NCBI RefSeq assembly: GCF_964194025.1
Contig: NC_134469.1
Span: 6,386,001 to 6,450,000, forward strand
DNA: 64,000 nucleotides
Direction of reading: 5' to 3'
From: Convolutriloba macropyga
Lineage: Eukaryota
Below are positions 1-12,525 of the stretch, piece after piece. The position numbers were made by a program, and so were the translations under genes. Below the pieces are notes generated by a model. The model saw only the letters and a program-made list of their open reading frames with translations. It had not been told where the DNA came from and ran no database searches. The first letter of the stretch is position 1; the number at the start of each line of letters is the position of its first letter.

Positions 1-852
1 GAGTTCAACTTTCCTAGGTAAAAAGAGTGTTGAAAAAAAGTGATTAATTGACATTTCTGATTAGGTTATATTACTCTGGTGCAGTGAAATTGGGATTCCT
101 CCGAATGTTGTAAGTTATATATAATATTTAGATTTGAACAACCGGATAATGTTTGGTTTTTTTCTTTAATTCTCTACTTCGTATTTTTTTTCTGGGATAA
201 TCCTTAGCTTCAATTCTTTGATTCAAAGAACCGAAATAAACTTGGTTGTTTTAATAGCTAAATTTCAGTGAAGTATTACTTTCATTACTTGGAAAAGAAA
301 TTAATTATTTCGCGCATCAAAAATATTTTTATATACAGCTTTGAGAGAGCACCAGGGACAACAGTAGTCTATACTTAATTGTCAGGCGAACTCACTTTTC
401 TTCGAAGAACCTTTCAAATTTGATACAGTTTTGGGCGCTAGCCAGTCCCCAGCTAGAAGCCTTCTAACGATAAAAAATACAAAATTCTACAACTACAAAT
501 TTGATACGATTCTCTTGAGAAGCTTCAGTTCTTAGCACTTTCAGATTATTAGGGTGTTATGGCCCTTTCCAATATATTCCAGTCCCTCAAACAGACAAGT
601 TGACAGCAAAAGGTCCCAATAATTTCGAATAGTCAAACGTTCATATTATGCTTCTACTGTGTGATTGATGTTAATGCACGGAGATTTGCATTACACCGCA
701 AAGACAGACTTGAATAGCCTCTGTCAAATATGACCATATGGCCGAGCGTCTGACTTAATTCCCATTTGCTATGCTAACATTTGGAGTTGCATATCATGTT
801 CTGATTAGAAAACACTGTAAATGAAAATTTGGGAAATGAATAGTTAGAACTC

Positions 853-995
853 GTTTTATTGTTCCGACCCCAATTGTGGGGGGAAGCAAATAAATACTCA
901 TTGGTTTTTTTTTGTTCAGACAATTTTGGCCGATCGATATATTCATCGTAGAGAAATGTGAGTGATATCATTAAAAAGCTCATCCAGCGCAGAAT
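853..995 (+). repeat. Dispersed repeat family R1, fragment
   Basis: Matches 40306-40445 (ttttattgttccgac...caattttggccgatcgatatattcatcg...tccagcg). Reverse copies lie at ~15985-16112 and 19485-19927. Confidence 0.8.
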
Positions 996-1399
996 TCAAA
1001 ATTTAGGTATTTTTTTGAATTTCGTTTTTTTTCGAAGAGACATCGGGGTTTAAAGCTTCATGTCAACACGGGATATTTGGTTCAATTTTGTTCAATTTTA
1101 CCGAAATTTTTGTTCGAGCTAACATTTTTTCTATGAAAATTTTAATTCAAAATTTCATTTCACGTCACAAAATAAATCATTTTTGCGTTCCTAATGGACA
1201 AAAGGCAATAAAAAGACTAGTTCTGGTCTCATAGGGAAGTTTACTATCAAATTCTAGTTGGGAGCTCTTTTTTAGAAAAATTTCCATACTTCTAAGTTTT
1301 TTCAAGTCACCTAGAGACTAGTTACTTTTCATATCGAGCTTCTGTTAATGACAAACCTCATTTACATTCAAATGAAGCCCAATATACAAAAAATTCTTA

Positions 1400-3508
1400 T
1401 CCAAGAATTGCTCATAACTGAAAATTTGATTTTTTTGAGGTTTTACTAATTTTTCGGACTCCTATGGCATAAACTCATTGATTAAAAGTGCAGTAGGTTT
1501 CGTAATAAGCATTTCATTAACCTATCTGGTGCTTGAGTGGACAGCTAATGGATGTTAGGACTTTGAAAAAATATTTTCGAAATCTTTTAAATATCAACTA
1601 ATCATAAATTTTTTTTGTGAACTCTAAGTCAGACTCAGTAATGACAGGACTCCCCGCCTTCCTACTGCAGCCAAAGAATTTTATGGACATTTCGTATTAT
1701 TGGTTTACTTTGAAATCTTATCCCGTTTTCCTAATTTTGATGGCTCCATTGTTTTAGAGAAGACGTTCAATGAACCATAGATAAAATTTTCAGCGATAAA
1801 AACTTGTGGCTTAATTGGCTTCAAGACTTTCTTATCACATTTTTCTACAGATTTTTTTTGCCTGTATTTGTTGTTGTTTTCATAATCATAAGAATTATTG
1901 TGGTGTCATATTGTTACCTATGCATAACAAACACCCTTGTCTTCACATCGAGGCATAATTGAGCACATTTATTGCCTTCCGTTGAAATTTTTTGATTCTA
2001 ATGGCTGTTAAGTCTTTGAAAATAATTTTTAAAACAAGCTTTTGGAACATTAGTGAATCTTGAACAAATTTTCTTGAACTGTTAGTCAGTCTCAGTAATA
2101 ACAGAGCCACTTTTTTCTACTTCAGCAAAATTTTTTCTAATTGGTGGGTTTATCTTCTAACAATTACTAATATGACTTCAATGCCACAAGATTTCATTTT
2201 TTTGGACATTTCGTACTATTGGTTCCTTTTGAAATGTTAACCCGTTATCCTAATATTAATGGCTCCCACTGGTTTAGTGAAGAAGGTCATTGGATTATAG
2301 CTAAAGTTTTCAGAGAAAATCTTATGGCTTCGACACTTTCCGCAGAATTTTTGGTTTTGTCTGTTTTTATTGTTAATTTTCATAATCATAAGACATATTG
2401 TGATGTTTTATTGATTACCTCTGGACTAAAAACATCCTTTTACTCACATCAAGGTACAAATGAGCATGTTTCTTAACTTCCGTTGAAAGCTATTGATTTT
2501 ATTGGCTCTTAAATCTTAAAAAAAAATTTGAAAAATATTTTGAACAATAGTCAATCTTGAACTTATTTTCGTGAACTGTATTTCAATCTCAGTAAAAACC
2601 AAACCCTTTCCTTTCTAGTTTAACAGAAAATTATCTAGTTAGCGGTTTCATTTTCTAACCAATATTTTTCTGACTTCGATGCACGATTTTTCATTGTTTT
2701 CTTGAACTTTTGATTTTTTTTCGTAATTTTGTTTCCTTTTGAAATCTTTTTACATTATCCTATTATTGATAGCTCCCATTGGCTCAGAGATGATGTTCAA
2801 TGGTTCGCAGAAAACGTTTTTAGAGAAAAGCTTAGGGTGTAAATGGTTTCGACACTTTCTTCTGGCACTTTTCTACTGAGTTTTTGCATTTTGCCTGTAT
2901 TTGTTTTTTTTTCATATTATAAAATCTTGATAATGATTTTTGATTGACCAACATTCTTGTCATTACATCAAGGCATAGTTTAGCTTATTTAATGGCTTCC
3001 GTTAAAATCTATTGAATTTTATGGCGTTGATATTACGGGTTTTCTAAAAAAAAAATGGTTGTCTTAAAGTATTTTTCTTTGCCATACGATCTTTTGTGAT
3101 GAGTTATTGATGAACTATGAGTAAAAACACTGTTTTGCCATAGAGGCAGAACCTAGCGGGTTTATTTAATTCCTTGGAAAGCTATCGAACTTAATGAATT
3201 TCATTCCAGGGGTTTTCTCGAAAGCTTCGTGGTTTCATTATATATGTCATATTTGCTGTTTTTCAAGTCATATTGTAAGAATTAAAACAATCCCCTTTGC
3301 TGTTAAAAAAATAGTTGAAAATAGAAAAAGTTTTTAGTGAAAAGTTTATTTTCTAATTTTCTCGCTCAATTTTTTTGAATTTAATGTTCGTCCCTTCTTC
3401 TTGTTTAGGTAGCCGTAAAATGCTGATTGGTCTTGTGAATTTGTAATTGACTATTAAATGAATGATGTTACCCGAAACACTTTGTTTTTAGCGAATACTC
3501 TTAGATTT
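1400..3508. repeat. Degenerate ~460-500 bp tandem repeat block (copy A)
   Basis: The anchor motif (g)tca(g/a)(a/t)ctcagtaa recurs at ~1628, ~2085 and ~2583, each followed by related ggacatttcgta/ggctcccatt/cacatcaaggcat motifs. Bases 1650-3508 are duplicated at 5272-7167. Confidence 0.8.
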
Positions 3509-4949
3509 TATTTTATACCTATTCAAAGACTTTTCAAATTTTTCAGTTTTTGTAGTTCTTTTCAATTACTTTTAACTTATTCTCGTCCTTGAGAAGTTCA
3601 TTCCAATTCTTTGAATTTCAAAAATTAACGTTTCTACTGATATTTTTTTGCGACTAAGGTTTTGTTTGGTGGACAATATGCATAAATGTTTTGTGAGATT
3701 CCAATGGTTTTCAAATGTGGCCCGAATGAACTTATTTATTCATTTAGTCTAATTTTAGCTGAATTACTATAAATAAAAACTAAAAGAGAAATACATAATA
3801 TCCAGATAATAGCTTATGATTTTCATGACTTCAATAATTTCTGTTTTTGCAAATTGTTTAAAATTTTTGGAGATTTTCTGGATTTTTAGTCCGCTCCTAT
3901 GTCTAAGTCTAACCAAAGAGAGGTCCCATTGGATTATTAATAACTTTTTAGTAAATTTATCAAGAAATTTTTCGTGTTTAGCTGAAGATTTTTTAGACTT
4001 TTGGAATTATTTGGTTTAAAAAATGTTGATTGATTTTTGACTTCAAAGTTATTTTTTCTGCTCATTGCCGACTTGTTACATAGCCTCATTCAGAAAAACA
4101 TCCATCTGCTGTATAGGCATGAAAAACTAAATTTGTGTAGTTAAGGATTTATCTGATTGCATTTTGACTGATTGCGTTTTTATTAGGTGCTTTCCTAATT
4201 AGATATTGGTTTTCTGTCGTGAAATTTTTGTTTTTGGTTATTTTGTTAATTGCTGTTTTTTTTCGTAGTCTTTTTAATAGCAGATCGTGTGAGCGCTGCA
4301 ATGAGGCATGGCATTACGTAATTTTATTAGTAGTAAGATTTTGTAACAATTTTTTGTACTCAAACATAAAATTTTTCTTCAAATTTCTTTTCTTCAAAGT
4401 TGTTAATCTGATTAATAGACTTGACTTTCACCTGATTTGTGTTCCTTGATTATGCTCCTGGAAACGGCTGCTGCATAATTTTTAAGCATCAATTTTCAGA
4501 AGGTTAAGTCTAAACTTTTCGCACACTTTTAGAATGATTTCATCTAATGTCTCAAAGGCTGATAACAAAGCATTTTTTCAAATCTGCGTGGTATCTTTTA
4601 TTAAATAATCTTGGTTTACCTTGACCTAAAGTTCAAATTTTTGCTGATTACTTCTTATTGCCAACTTCAACGTTTTCTCTGGTCTTTGATGTTTCTTCCT
4701 CTCTCCCTCAGCCTTTTAACTCTCGTTTTTTTAAGTTTCCTCGCGTTATTGAACTTGATATGAGAACAAGTCCCTTCATGTTGGATGATTTTGCTTAACA
4801 AAAAGCTCCCCTCTCATTAAATGAGTTCAATAATGATTCTCGCCGTGTTTCTAACAAATCGTGAGTTTGATTCAGCTCAACACATGCGTCCAGGAAAAAA
4901 ATTTTACTTGCTCGCTTATTATCAGACAAGTTCAACTAGTTGCTGAGTT

Positions 4950-7900
4950 GAGCTACGAAGCTCGCGACAACAGCATAGTAGCTAATCCTCATATACTGAC
5001 AATCGAAAGTGACTGAACTGCTCTATCGAAAGCAATGTAATGTCCCACTGACTGATAAATTTGGCTATCAACTGAGAACGACATTCGCAGTAAGGCCTTC
5101 TTCAGAGTCCTCGACAGTCCGCCCAAAGCTCCGATTTTCGATCTTCAGCAGCTTCAGTTGCATAACCGGACTTCTCTTCGCAAGACAGATAATGTTCGGT
5201 TGCAGAGGAAGTTACAGTTATGTCTAGAGCAAGAGATTGGTCATATTTTCCAGAAAGCAAATAGTCGTCTCCTCCCCGCCTTCCTACTGCAACCAAAACA
5301 TTTTTTGGACATTTCGTATTATTGGTTCACTTTGAAATCTTTTCCCCGTTTTCCTAATATTGATGCCTCCATTGTATTAGCGAAGACGTTCAATGAACCA
5401 TAGATAAAGTTTTCAGCGATAAAAACTTGTGGCTTAAATGTCTTCAAGACTTCTTATCACATTTTTCTACAGATTTTGTTTGCCTGTTTTTGTTGTTGTT
5501 TTCATTATCATAAGAGTTATTGTGATGTCTCATTGATTACCTATGCATAACAAACACCCTTGTCTTCACATCGATGCATAATTGAGCACATTTATTGCCT
5601 TCCGATGAAATTTTTTGATTGTAATGGCTGTTAAGTCTTTAAAATATTTCTTAAAACAAGTTTTTGGAACATTAATCAATCTTGAACAAATTTTTTTGAA
5701 CTGTTAGTCAGTTTCAGTAATAACAGAGCCACTTTTTTCTACTTCGGCAAAATTTTTTCTAATTGGTGTTTTTATTTTCTAACTATTACTTATATGACTT
5801 CAATGCCAAAAGATTTCCATTTTTTTGGACATTTCGTACTATTGGTTACTTTTGAAATTTTAACCTGTTATCCTAATATTAATGGCTCCCACTGGTTTAG
5901 CGAAGAAGATCATTGGATCACAGCTAAAGTTTTCAGAGAAAATCTTATGGCTTCGACACTTTCTTCTCGTAGTTTTCCGCAGAATTTTTGGTTTTGTCTG
6001 TTTTTATTGTTAATTTTCAAAATCATGAGACATATTTTGATGTTTTATTGATTACCTATGGATTAAAAACATCCTTTTACTCACATCAAGGCATAAATGA
6101 GCATATTTCTTAACTTCCGTTGAAAGCTATTGATTTTATTGGCTCTTAAATCTTTAAAAAAATTGAAAATATTTTGAACAATAGTCAATCTTGATTTTAT
6201 ATTCGTGAACTGTATGTCAATCTCAGTAAAAACCAAACCCTTTCCTTTCTAGTTTAACAGAAAATTATCTAGTTAGCGGTTTCATTTTCTAACCAATATT
6301 TTTCTGACTTCGATGCACGATTTTTCATTGTTTTCTTGAACTTTTGATTTTTTTTCGTAATTTTGTTTCCTTTTGAAATCTTTTTACATTATCCTAATAT
6401 TGATAGTTCCCATTGGCTTAGAGATGATGTTCAATGGTTCGCAGAAATCGTTTTTAGAGAAAGGCTTAGGGTGTAAATGGTTTCGACACTTTCTTCTGGC
6501 ACTTTTCTACTGAGTTTTTGCATTTTGCCTGTATTTGTTGTTTTTTTTCATAGTAATAACATGTTATAAACTCTTGATAATGATTTTTGATTGACCAACA
6601 TTCTTGTCATTACATCAAGGCATAGTTTAGCTTATTTAATGGCTTCCGTTAAAATCTATTGAATTTTATGGCGTTGATATTACGGGTTTTCTAAAAAAAA
6701 ATGGTTGTCTTAAAGTATTTTTCTTTGCCATACGATCTTCTGTGATGAGTTATTGATCAACTATGAATAAAAACGCTGTTTTGCCATCGAGGCAGAACCT
6801 AGCGAGTTTATTTAATTCCTTGGGAAGCTATCGAACATAATGAATTTCATTCCAGGGGTTTTCTCGAAAGCTTCGTGGTTTCATTATATCTGTTATATTT
6901 GTTGTTTTTGAAGTCATATTGTAAGAATTAAAACAATCCCCTTTGCTGTTAAAAAAAATACTTGAAATTAGAAAAAGTTTTTTGTGAAAAGTTCATTTTC
7001 TAATGGCTTCGACACTTTTCTCGCTCAATTTTTTTGAATTAAATGTTCTTCTCTTTTTCTTGTTTAGGTAGCCGTAAAATGCTGATTGGTCTCATGAAAT
7101 TGTAATTGACTATTAAATGAATGATGTTACCCGAAACAGTTTGTTTTTAGCGAATAGTCTTAAATTTCAGACAGACCGCCCAAAGCTCCGATTTTCGATC
7201 TTCAGCAGCTTCAATTGCATAACCGGACTTCTCTTCCGCAAGACAGATAATGTTCGATTGCAGAGAGGAAGTTACGGTTATGTCTAGAGCAAGAGATTGG
7301 CCAGATTTTCCAAAAGGCAAATAGACGTCTCCTGGGCGTGAGTTATTTTCCGCAATGTGATTGCGTTTTTCAATTACTGGGGACAAATTAGCTGCTGAAC
7401 AGGCGGAATCTATACGATCGCGAAATCTGTCGTGCCTTCAAATTGCATCTCCCCTGCCATCGCAGCCAACTGCATGTCAACAAATGTGTCCAAGGTACAC
7501 AGCCTGCAACAAGGACGTTTTCTTTTTGATCATAAACCGCGATCCCGAGCCTGTACTTGACAATGACTTGGAATTCTTTAGCCGAAAGGTGTACACTTAA
7601 AGCGGGAATTGGGGGCACAGCAAAACACCCGCCGGAATGAGGCAAACATAGTGATTGGAGTCTTGCCTTTTCCCTGGTTGATGTTTGATTTCTTTTTAGG
7701 GTGGCAAGTTTACCTTAATCAAGTGCTTTTAGGCCGTTTTTGCGTGTACTAAAGTAGATTCAACGGTTCCACACTCTGGCGTAACTCTTTAAAAGTGTCA
7801 CTTCCTGAGGGATGCCTACTTGTTATATTGTTGACCAGCTCGTCTGAGGCTCTAATTGAGCCCACAAACGCTCCTTTGTAATGCTCTTGTGGCTTTTTGA

Positions 7901-8150
7901 CGCCTAGTCCCGACAAACTGATAGGTTAGGAAGATTATTTCCGTGCGCCCTCACCAATAATTGAGCCAACAATTTGATCCAACACTTCTCTTTTGCCGTC
8001 ATCGAAACTTTTCGAAACTTTGAGTATCTCGTTTGATGGTGTTAGTTTGTAAAAGGCATACTAGTTTTGATGTTCGCAAACAGTAACGAAGGATACCTAA
8101 TGCACATTTAGGATCTTTGAGGTGATGTAAATTGTCCAGCATAGCATGCA
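4950..8150 (-). mobile_element. Decayed CRE-clade non-LTR retrotransposon, 3' part (post-RT region, zinc knuckle, restriction-like endonuclease), split by copy A'
   Basis: Minus-strand peptides across frameshifts: HLKDPKCALGILRYC, LPISLSGLG, SLCLPHSGG..PPIPALSVHLSAKEFQVIVKYRLG, RHDRFRD, SRPGDVYLP..GQSLALDITVTS (PD-(D/E)xK REL motif), AAEDRK, and C-terminal SLSIVSI.GLATMLLSR near 4960-5010. These resemble the CRE-clade layout. Confidence 0.82.
5272..7167 (+). repeat. Direct duplicate (copy A') of 1650-3508, inserted into the CRE remnant
   Basis: Colinear near-identity (roughly 95% by eye) from ctccccgccttcctactgc to tttagcgaata. ORFs 2219-2476 and 5794-6051 are the same noncoding stretch in the two copies. 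Confidence 0.93.
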
Positions 8151-10526
8151 AATGTCTCAAATAAAACTTAAACAAAACTTAACGAACTTTTTCAAAAATT
8201 TACTGTTTGGACTTCTCTCACGTTTTTAGTATTCAAACTTTGTTTTCTTTTGAGGAGTCAATTACTGCAGTTTACTTATTGAAGAAAAGTAGGCTCAAAT
8301 TTGAATACAAAAAATCAAAACATCCCGAGAAGAAGCAAAAACAATGTCAATCTTTGTAGACCAAATTTATGTTGCTCCAAACCCCGTCATTTTCTTTAAA
8401 ACAAACAAAAATTAGGTTCTAGATTGATTCTTGGCAATTCCACTGTATATAAATAAATTGATGTTTGTATACATTTTTTAAATAAAAGCCTATAGACAAA
8501 TTTTTGCTGCAGTGTCTCAAAAAAGTGCCAATCAAATAAAGACATTTGCATGTTTTTTGCTAAATTTTTAGAGTTCGGCCCTATATTTTTAATGTGCGTT
8601 TTATTTGTTTCGTTGAAAATGGTAAGATTTTTGGATAAAAAGAAGGTTTTTAGTTATGCGTTTTACAGTAAGAAATAGAGGTTTTCATGAACATCATTTC
8701 ATCTAAAGTATGATATAATATACTTTAAATTGTACTTTTAAACTTAATAATGTAAAAGATAATATAACAAAAGTCTTTCAATTGTTAGTTTGTTTTTATA
8801 TTTTATTTTTTAGCTTATTTAATTTTAGTTTTTTTTGTTAGTTTCACTGATAATCTGTATTTAATGGTAGATCAAACCATATGTCATGTTTTGGATGATT
8901 AGTGGAAAGATAATTGAAAACATCTGAAGCTCCAATTTAATGACTATTTTCAAATAAAATGTTGATGACTTTTGACATCTTTTGTACTCATTTGAGAATT
9001 TTCTGAGATCTACTAAATTTGCGTTCATGGGTCAGAGAGTGCCTTTAAGTCTTGTAAACACTAAGGTTTTCACTTTTAACGTAAGGGAAATTTTTTGTCC
9101 TAATGGGAAAGACGACGTCAATTGATTAATCGTTTATCATAGAACATGTCTTTTTCCACAAAGTCGGCCAAATTTTGTTACTCTCAACGCAAGAGTTAGA
9201 AGAGTTAAGAGGTTAGTTTTTGTGACGACTTCAGCTGTCTTCCGTTTCTTAAACGTTTGACAAAATTCAAATTATTTATCTCCCCTTTGATAGTTTCAGG
9301 GGACAACAAGCGTAAAATTAAATTATTATAACACCGCTTCAGTACTTGCTCTTTTTTAGACTCTTTTAGAATATATTTTTTTGTCGAATTGCATCTAGAT
9401 ACAGACAAAATCTATGAAAAAAAGGTATAAAAATTTGGGACATATGGGGTTGGAACAGTATGTGCAAACGCCCATTACTAATCCTCATTCTTTTTTTTAA
9501 TTTATTTTCGTTTTTATATAAATGATGCAATTAGAGAAAAGAAAAGGTGGGGGGTATGCCTGGCTGAACGTTTCATTCTTCATTAACAAAGCAACACCAT
9601 CGTTTCGGAAAGATGAAATTGGTATCCTCAAAAACCTAAATAAATTATGTTCAACATTGGAGACAAAATCCAACTCCCATCTCAATACTTTACTCCATAT
9701 TTGCAAAATTTTTATCAAATTTTACCTTTTATTTTATTTGATCCTCAAACTCTTAATCTATTCCACTATTCTTGGTTTTTGATTGTCAAGTCAGACCCCT
9801 TCTTTGAACTGTTTGCAGGCAAACTTTGCGCTAACTCAGTCAAATGTTTATAATTTGGTGCCATTCAGTCAGTTTTTGCTATTTCAACCAGAATTGCACT
9901 ATAAAACTGCTGGCAGTTTTGTTTTATTTCAATTTCAATTTTTTTCATTTTCATTTTAATTTTGCAGTTATCTCCATAATCAAAGTTATGAATTTACAAT
10001 AACTACAACGACGCAAAACGAGCAAACACCTGCTCTTCAAATTGCGCCCTTATTTCATAGCAACGTTCTTCGAGCTTCAATCATTACCCTCCCCCCAGAA
10101 AAAGAAAAGTGTTACCCAAATAGTTCAAAGGCATTGTGACAATTTCGACCCATTTAAGTGACAAAAATGCACCAAAATTCAAATATGTCAAAAATATTCG
10201 AGAATTATTTTTTTTTCATAAAATTCAGCATTAAACTGACCTGTAACCGCCAAAAGGGATCGAGATTCAAATTTTGCATTATGTTTTCACGGCACCTAGC
10301 AAGTGATCAGCAAAAAATTGCACTTGAAATTTTTCATGAATTTTACACGCTAACTTAAATGTAACCAATAAAAAAAATTGAGACTGCAACTTTTCAACTT
10401 CACAATTTGTTTCCCCTGTGGGCAACGAAAAAAAATCGAAATTTAAATTTTTCAATTCAATGTCACAAAAAAATATTATCGAGAATTAATATTTTTCCAG
10501 AATGTCATCGAATTTATTTAACTCAC

Positions 10527-10750
10527 CCTTCGTTTGGATTCCTTCATTCGTATGATGACTCTAGTGTAGCAGTTGAGCATGAATGCAGTGGTGACCAGAA
10601 CCAACACACTCCTGTGCATCACCCACCCAGTCCGAGACATCTCATTGTTGGGGGCCATGGTGCAGTTGAGGACTCCCAGACTGCTAGAGCCACAGGCGAA
10701 CAGACCCAAAAGCACATACGTCACCATCTGCTTACGCACACTGAACAGAC
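10527..10750 (-). CDS. Class A GPCR, exon 2 (ICL2-TM4-TM5)
   Basis: Polypyrimidine tract and CAG acceptor at 10751-10753; GTGAGT donor at 10521-10526. A phase-1 join to exon 1 reads RPHSYQG/LFSVRKQMVTYVLLGLFACG...VLVLVTTAFMLNCYTRVIIRMKESKRR, with a TM5 C-Y-x-R-like ending. Confidence 0.85.
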
Positions 10751-11766
10751 CTGCCCAAATTTAAAAAAAAAACGTCAAAAATTTAAATCAAAAAATTTTG
10801 CATAAATTCCTTGCTTAAATTTGATATTTGATGTTATTTTGACCCACAGTACACATTCCGGGTGAATGGCCCATCGATAGATCAGCGTAAAGTAAATTTA
10901 TTGATGAGTCACAAAAAAACAGTAGAAATATATCCCTGCTCTGAACAATGTAAAACCATCTCAAAATAAAAAAAATTAAGATTAATTAAAATGTTTCTTG
11001 CTGATTTTTTGCTTGAAACGTACTTCAAAGTGCGGAAAAATCACACCCGGGAATTGGAGAAAAATAGTTACTATCTTAGGAAGTGAAAACTAATTCCCAA
11101 AAATAGACTGAATTAACCGTTTCTTGGTTAACTTTAGCGTTGATTAATAGTAATATCAATTTTTTTGTCAAACTGTTCCTCCTTTTCAGTGAGTGCAATC
11201 AAACTGAACTTTTTAGATAAGTTAATTTGAACAAGAAGTATTCTCCTCCCCCTAGTTTTTTAAGCTAAAATTGCATACAGCTTCCCTGTATTTTGGTTAG
11301 CTCAAACATTCAGCTGAGACATTTACGGAACGCGTGCTAGCTCATCTACCAATTGTAATTACTGAGATAAAGTATGCCTACTAGTGAAAAACAATTTAAA
11401 AAATGGCTTTGCTTGATAGTTTCTGCTGTCTGAAAGTGTATGGCCACATAATTTGAGGCTATCCAAGAACAATTTTTTTTTGAACGTTACCCTCAACGCA
11501 TGCACATGCGCTCACAATATCCAATAATTTGAGCTCATTTTGTAAATTACCCGGGTTTAGGGTTTTGATACATTCTTTTTTATATAGTTTAGTATTAAAA
11601 ATTGGAACTTCTCAGGTCTTAATGAGAATTCTCAGGTGCCATGTAAAATTTCGGCATGTCCCGCAATTTATTGGGCAGTATAACTTTCCCGCGTTCCTTA
11701 TTTTTTGTCCAGTGGATCATAAATTTCCCGTCTTTTTCCGGTAACTTTTTCGAGAACTTGCACGAC

Positions 11767-11836
11767 TCCCACCTAATCTGGTTAAAAAATGTCCCACCTA
11801 ATCTGGTTAAAAAATGTCCCACCTAACCTGGAAAAA
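11767..11836. repeat. 25-bp minisatellite x~3 in GPCR intron 1
   Basis: tcccacctaatctggttaaaaaatg repeated. Confidence 0.85.
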
Positions 11837-11933
11837 AATTAAATTGCATCAACCCCGGTTTTCCGACGATTCCCAGATCGGATCCAGCGGGAGAACTCGA
11901 TGTGAAAATCTTGGCATAAAACTGGTCTCTAAC

Positions 11934-12525
11934 CTTGGTAAGAATGTGGTCGGCAAACAGCCAGGAATCTGTTCACAGCCATTATGCACATCATACCACA
12001 CGAGAAGGTATAAGGAACATCAAAAGCAACATTGCCGACAATACACAGATTCATAAAACATCCCGGCTCCCGTGTATTAGGTTGAAATATGGCCAAGAAC
12101 ATTGTAAATATAATCGAAAACGTACACATAAACAAATCAACAAACGCCAGAACCAAAATCGGAAAATCGCCCGGGCTTTTTTGTCGCTTTTGCAGGTAAA
12201 TAAAGATCACGAGGAAATTTCCAATCACGCCGAATAGAGAAATAACCCATTGAGGTGAGAACGTCAATATTTGTTCCATCGTGGGCTGAAAAATGAAGCA
12301 AATTTCCTCGCCGTCGAAAATTTGGGTGCTTCCGGGCGAAACGGAAGCGATCGATGATGGGGATACTAGCTGCGGAGGTGTTGATGGGGAATAATTTGGG
12401 TTTAGGGGTGATAAGAGCGGAAGCGCTTCCGGTTTGAGGTAAGATACCAATTGATCACTGGCCATTGACTGGGAACGGAGGTCTGATTGTAAAACGACAG
12501 CCGAACTATCAAGTGACATTTTCAA
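11934..12525 (-). CDS. Class A (rhodopsin-like) GPCR, exon 1 (N-terminus, TM1-TM3)
   Basis: TM1 FGVIGNFLV, TM2 LAFVDL, TM3 end MAVNRFLAVCRP (NRF in place of DRY). GTTAGA donor at 11933. The first ATG is at 12519 (MSLDSS). Confidence 0.9.
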
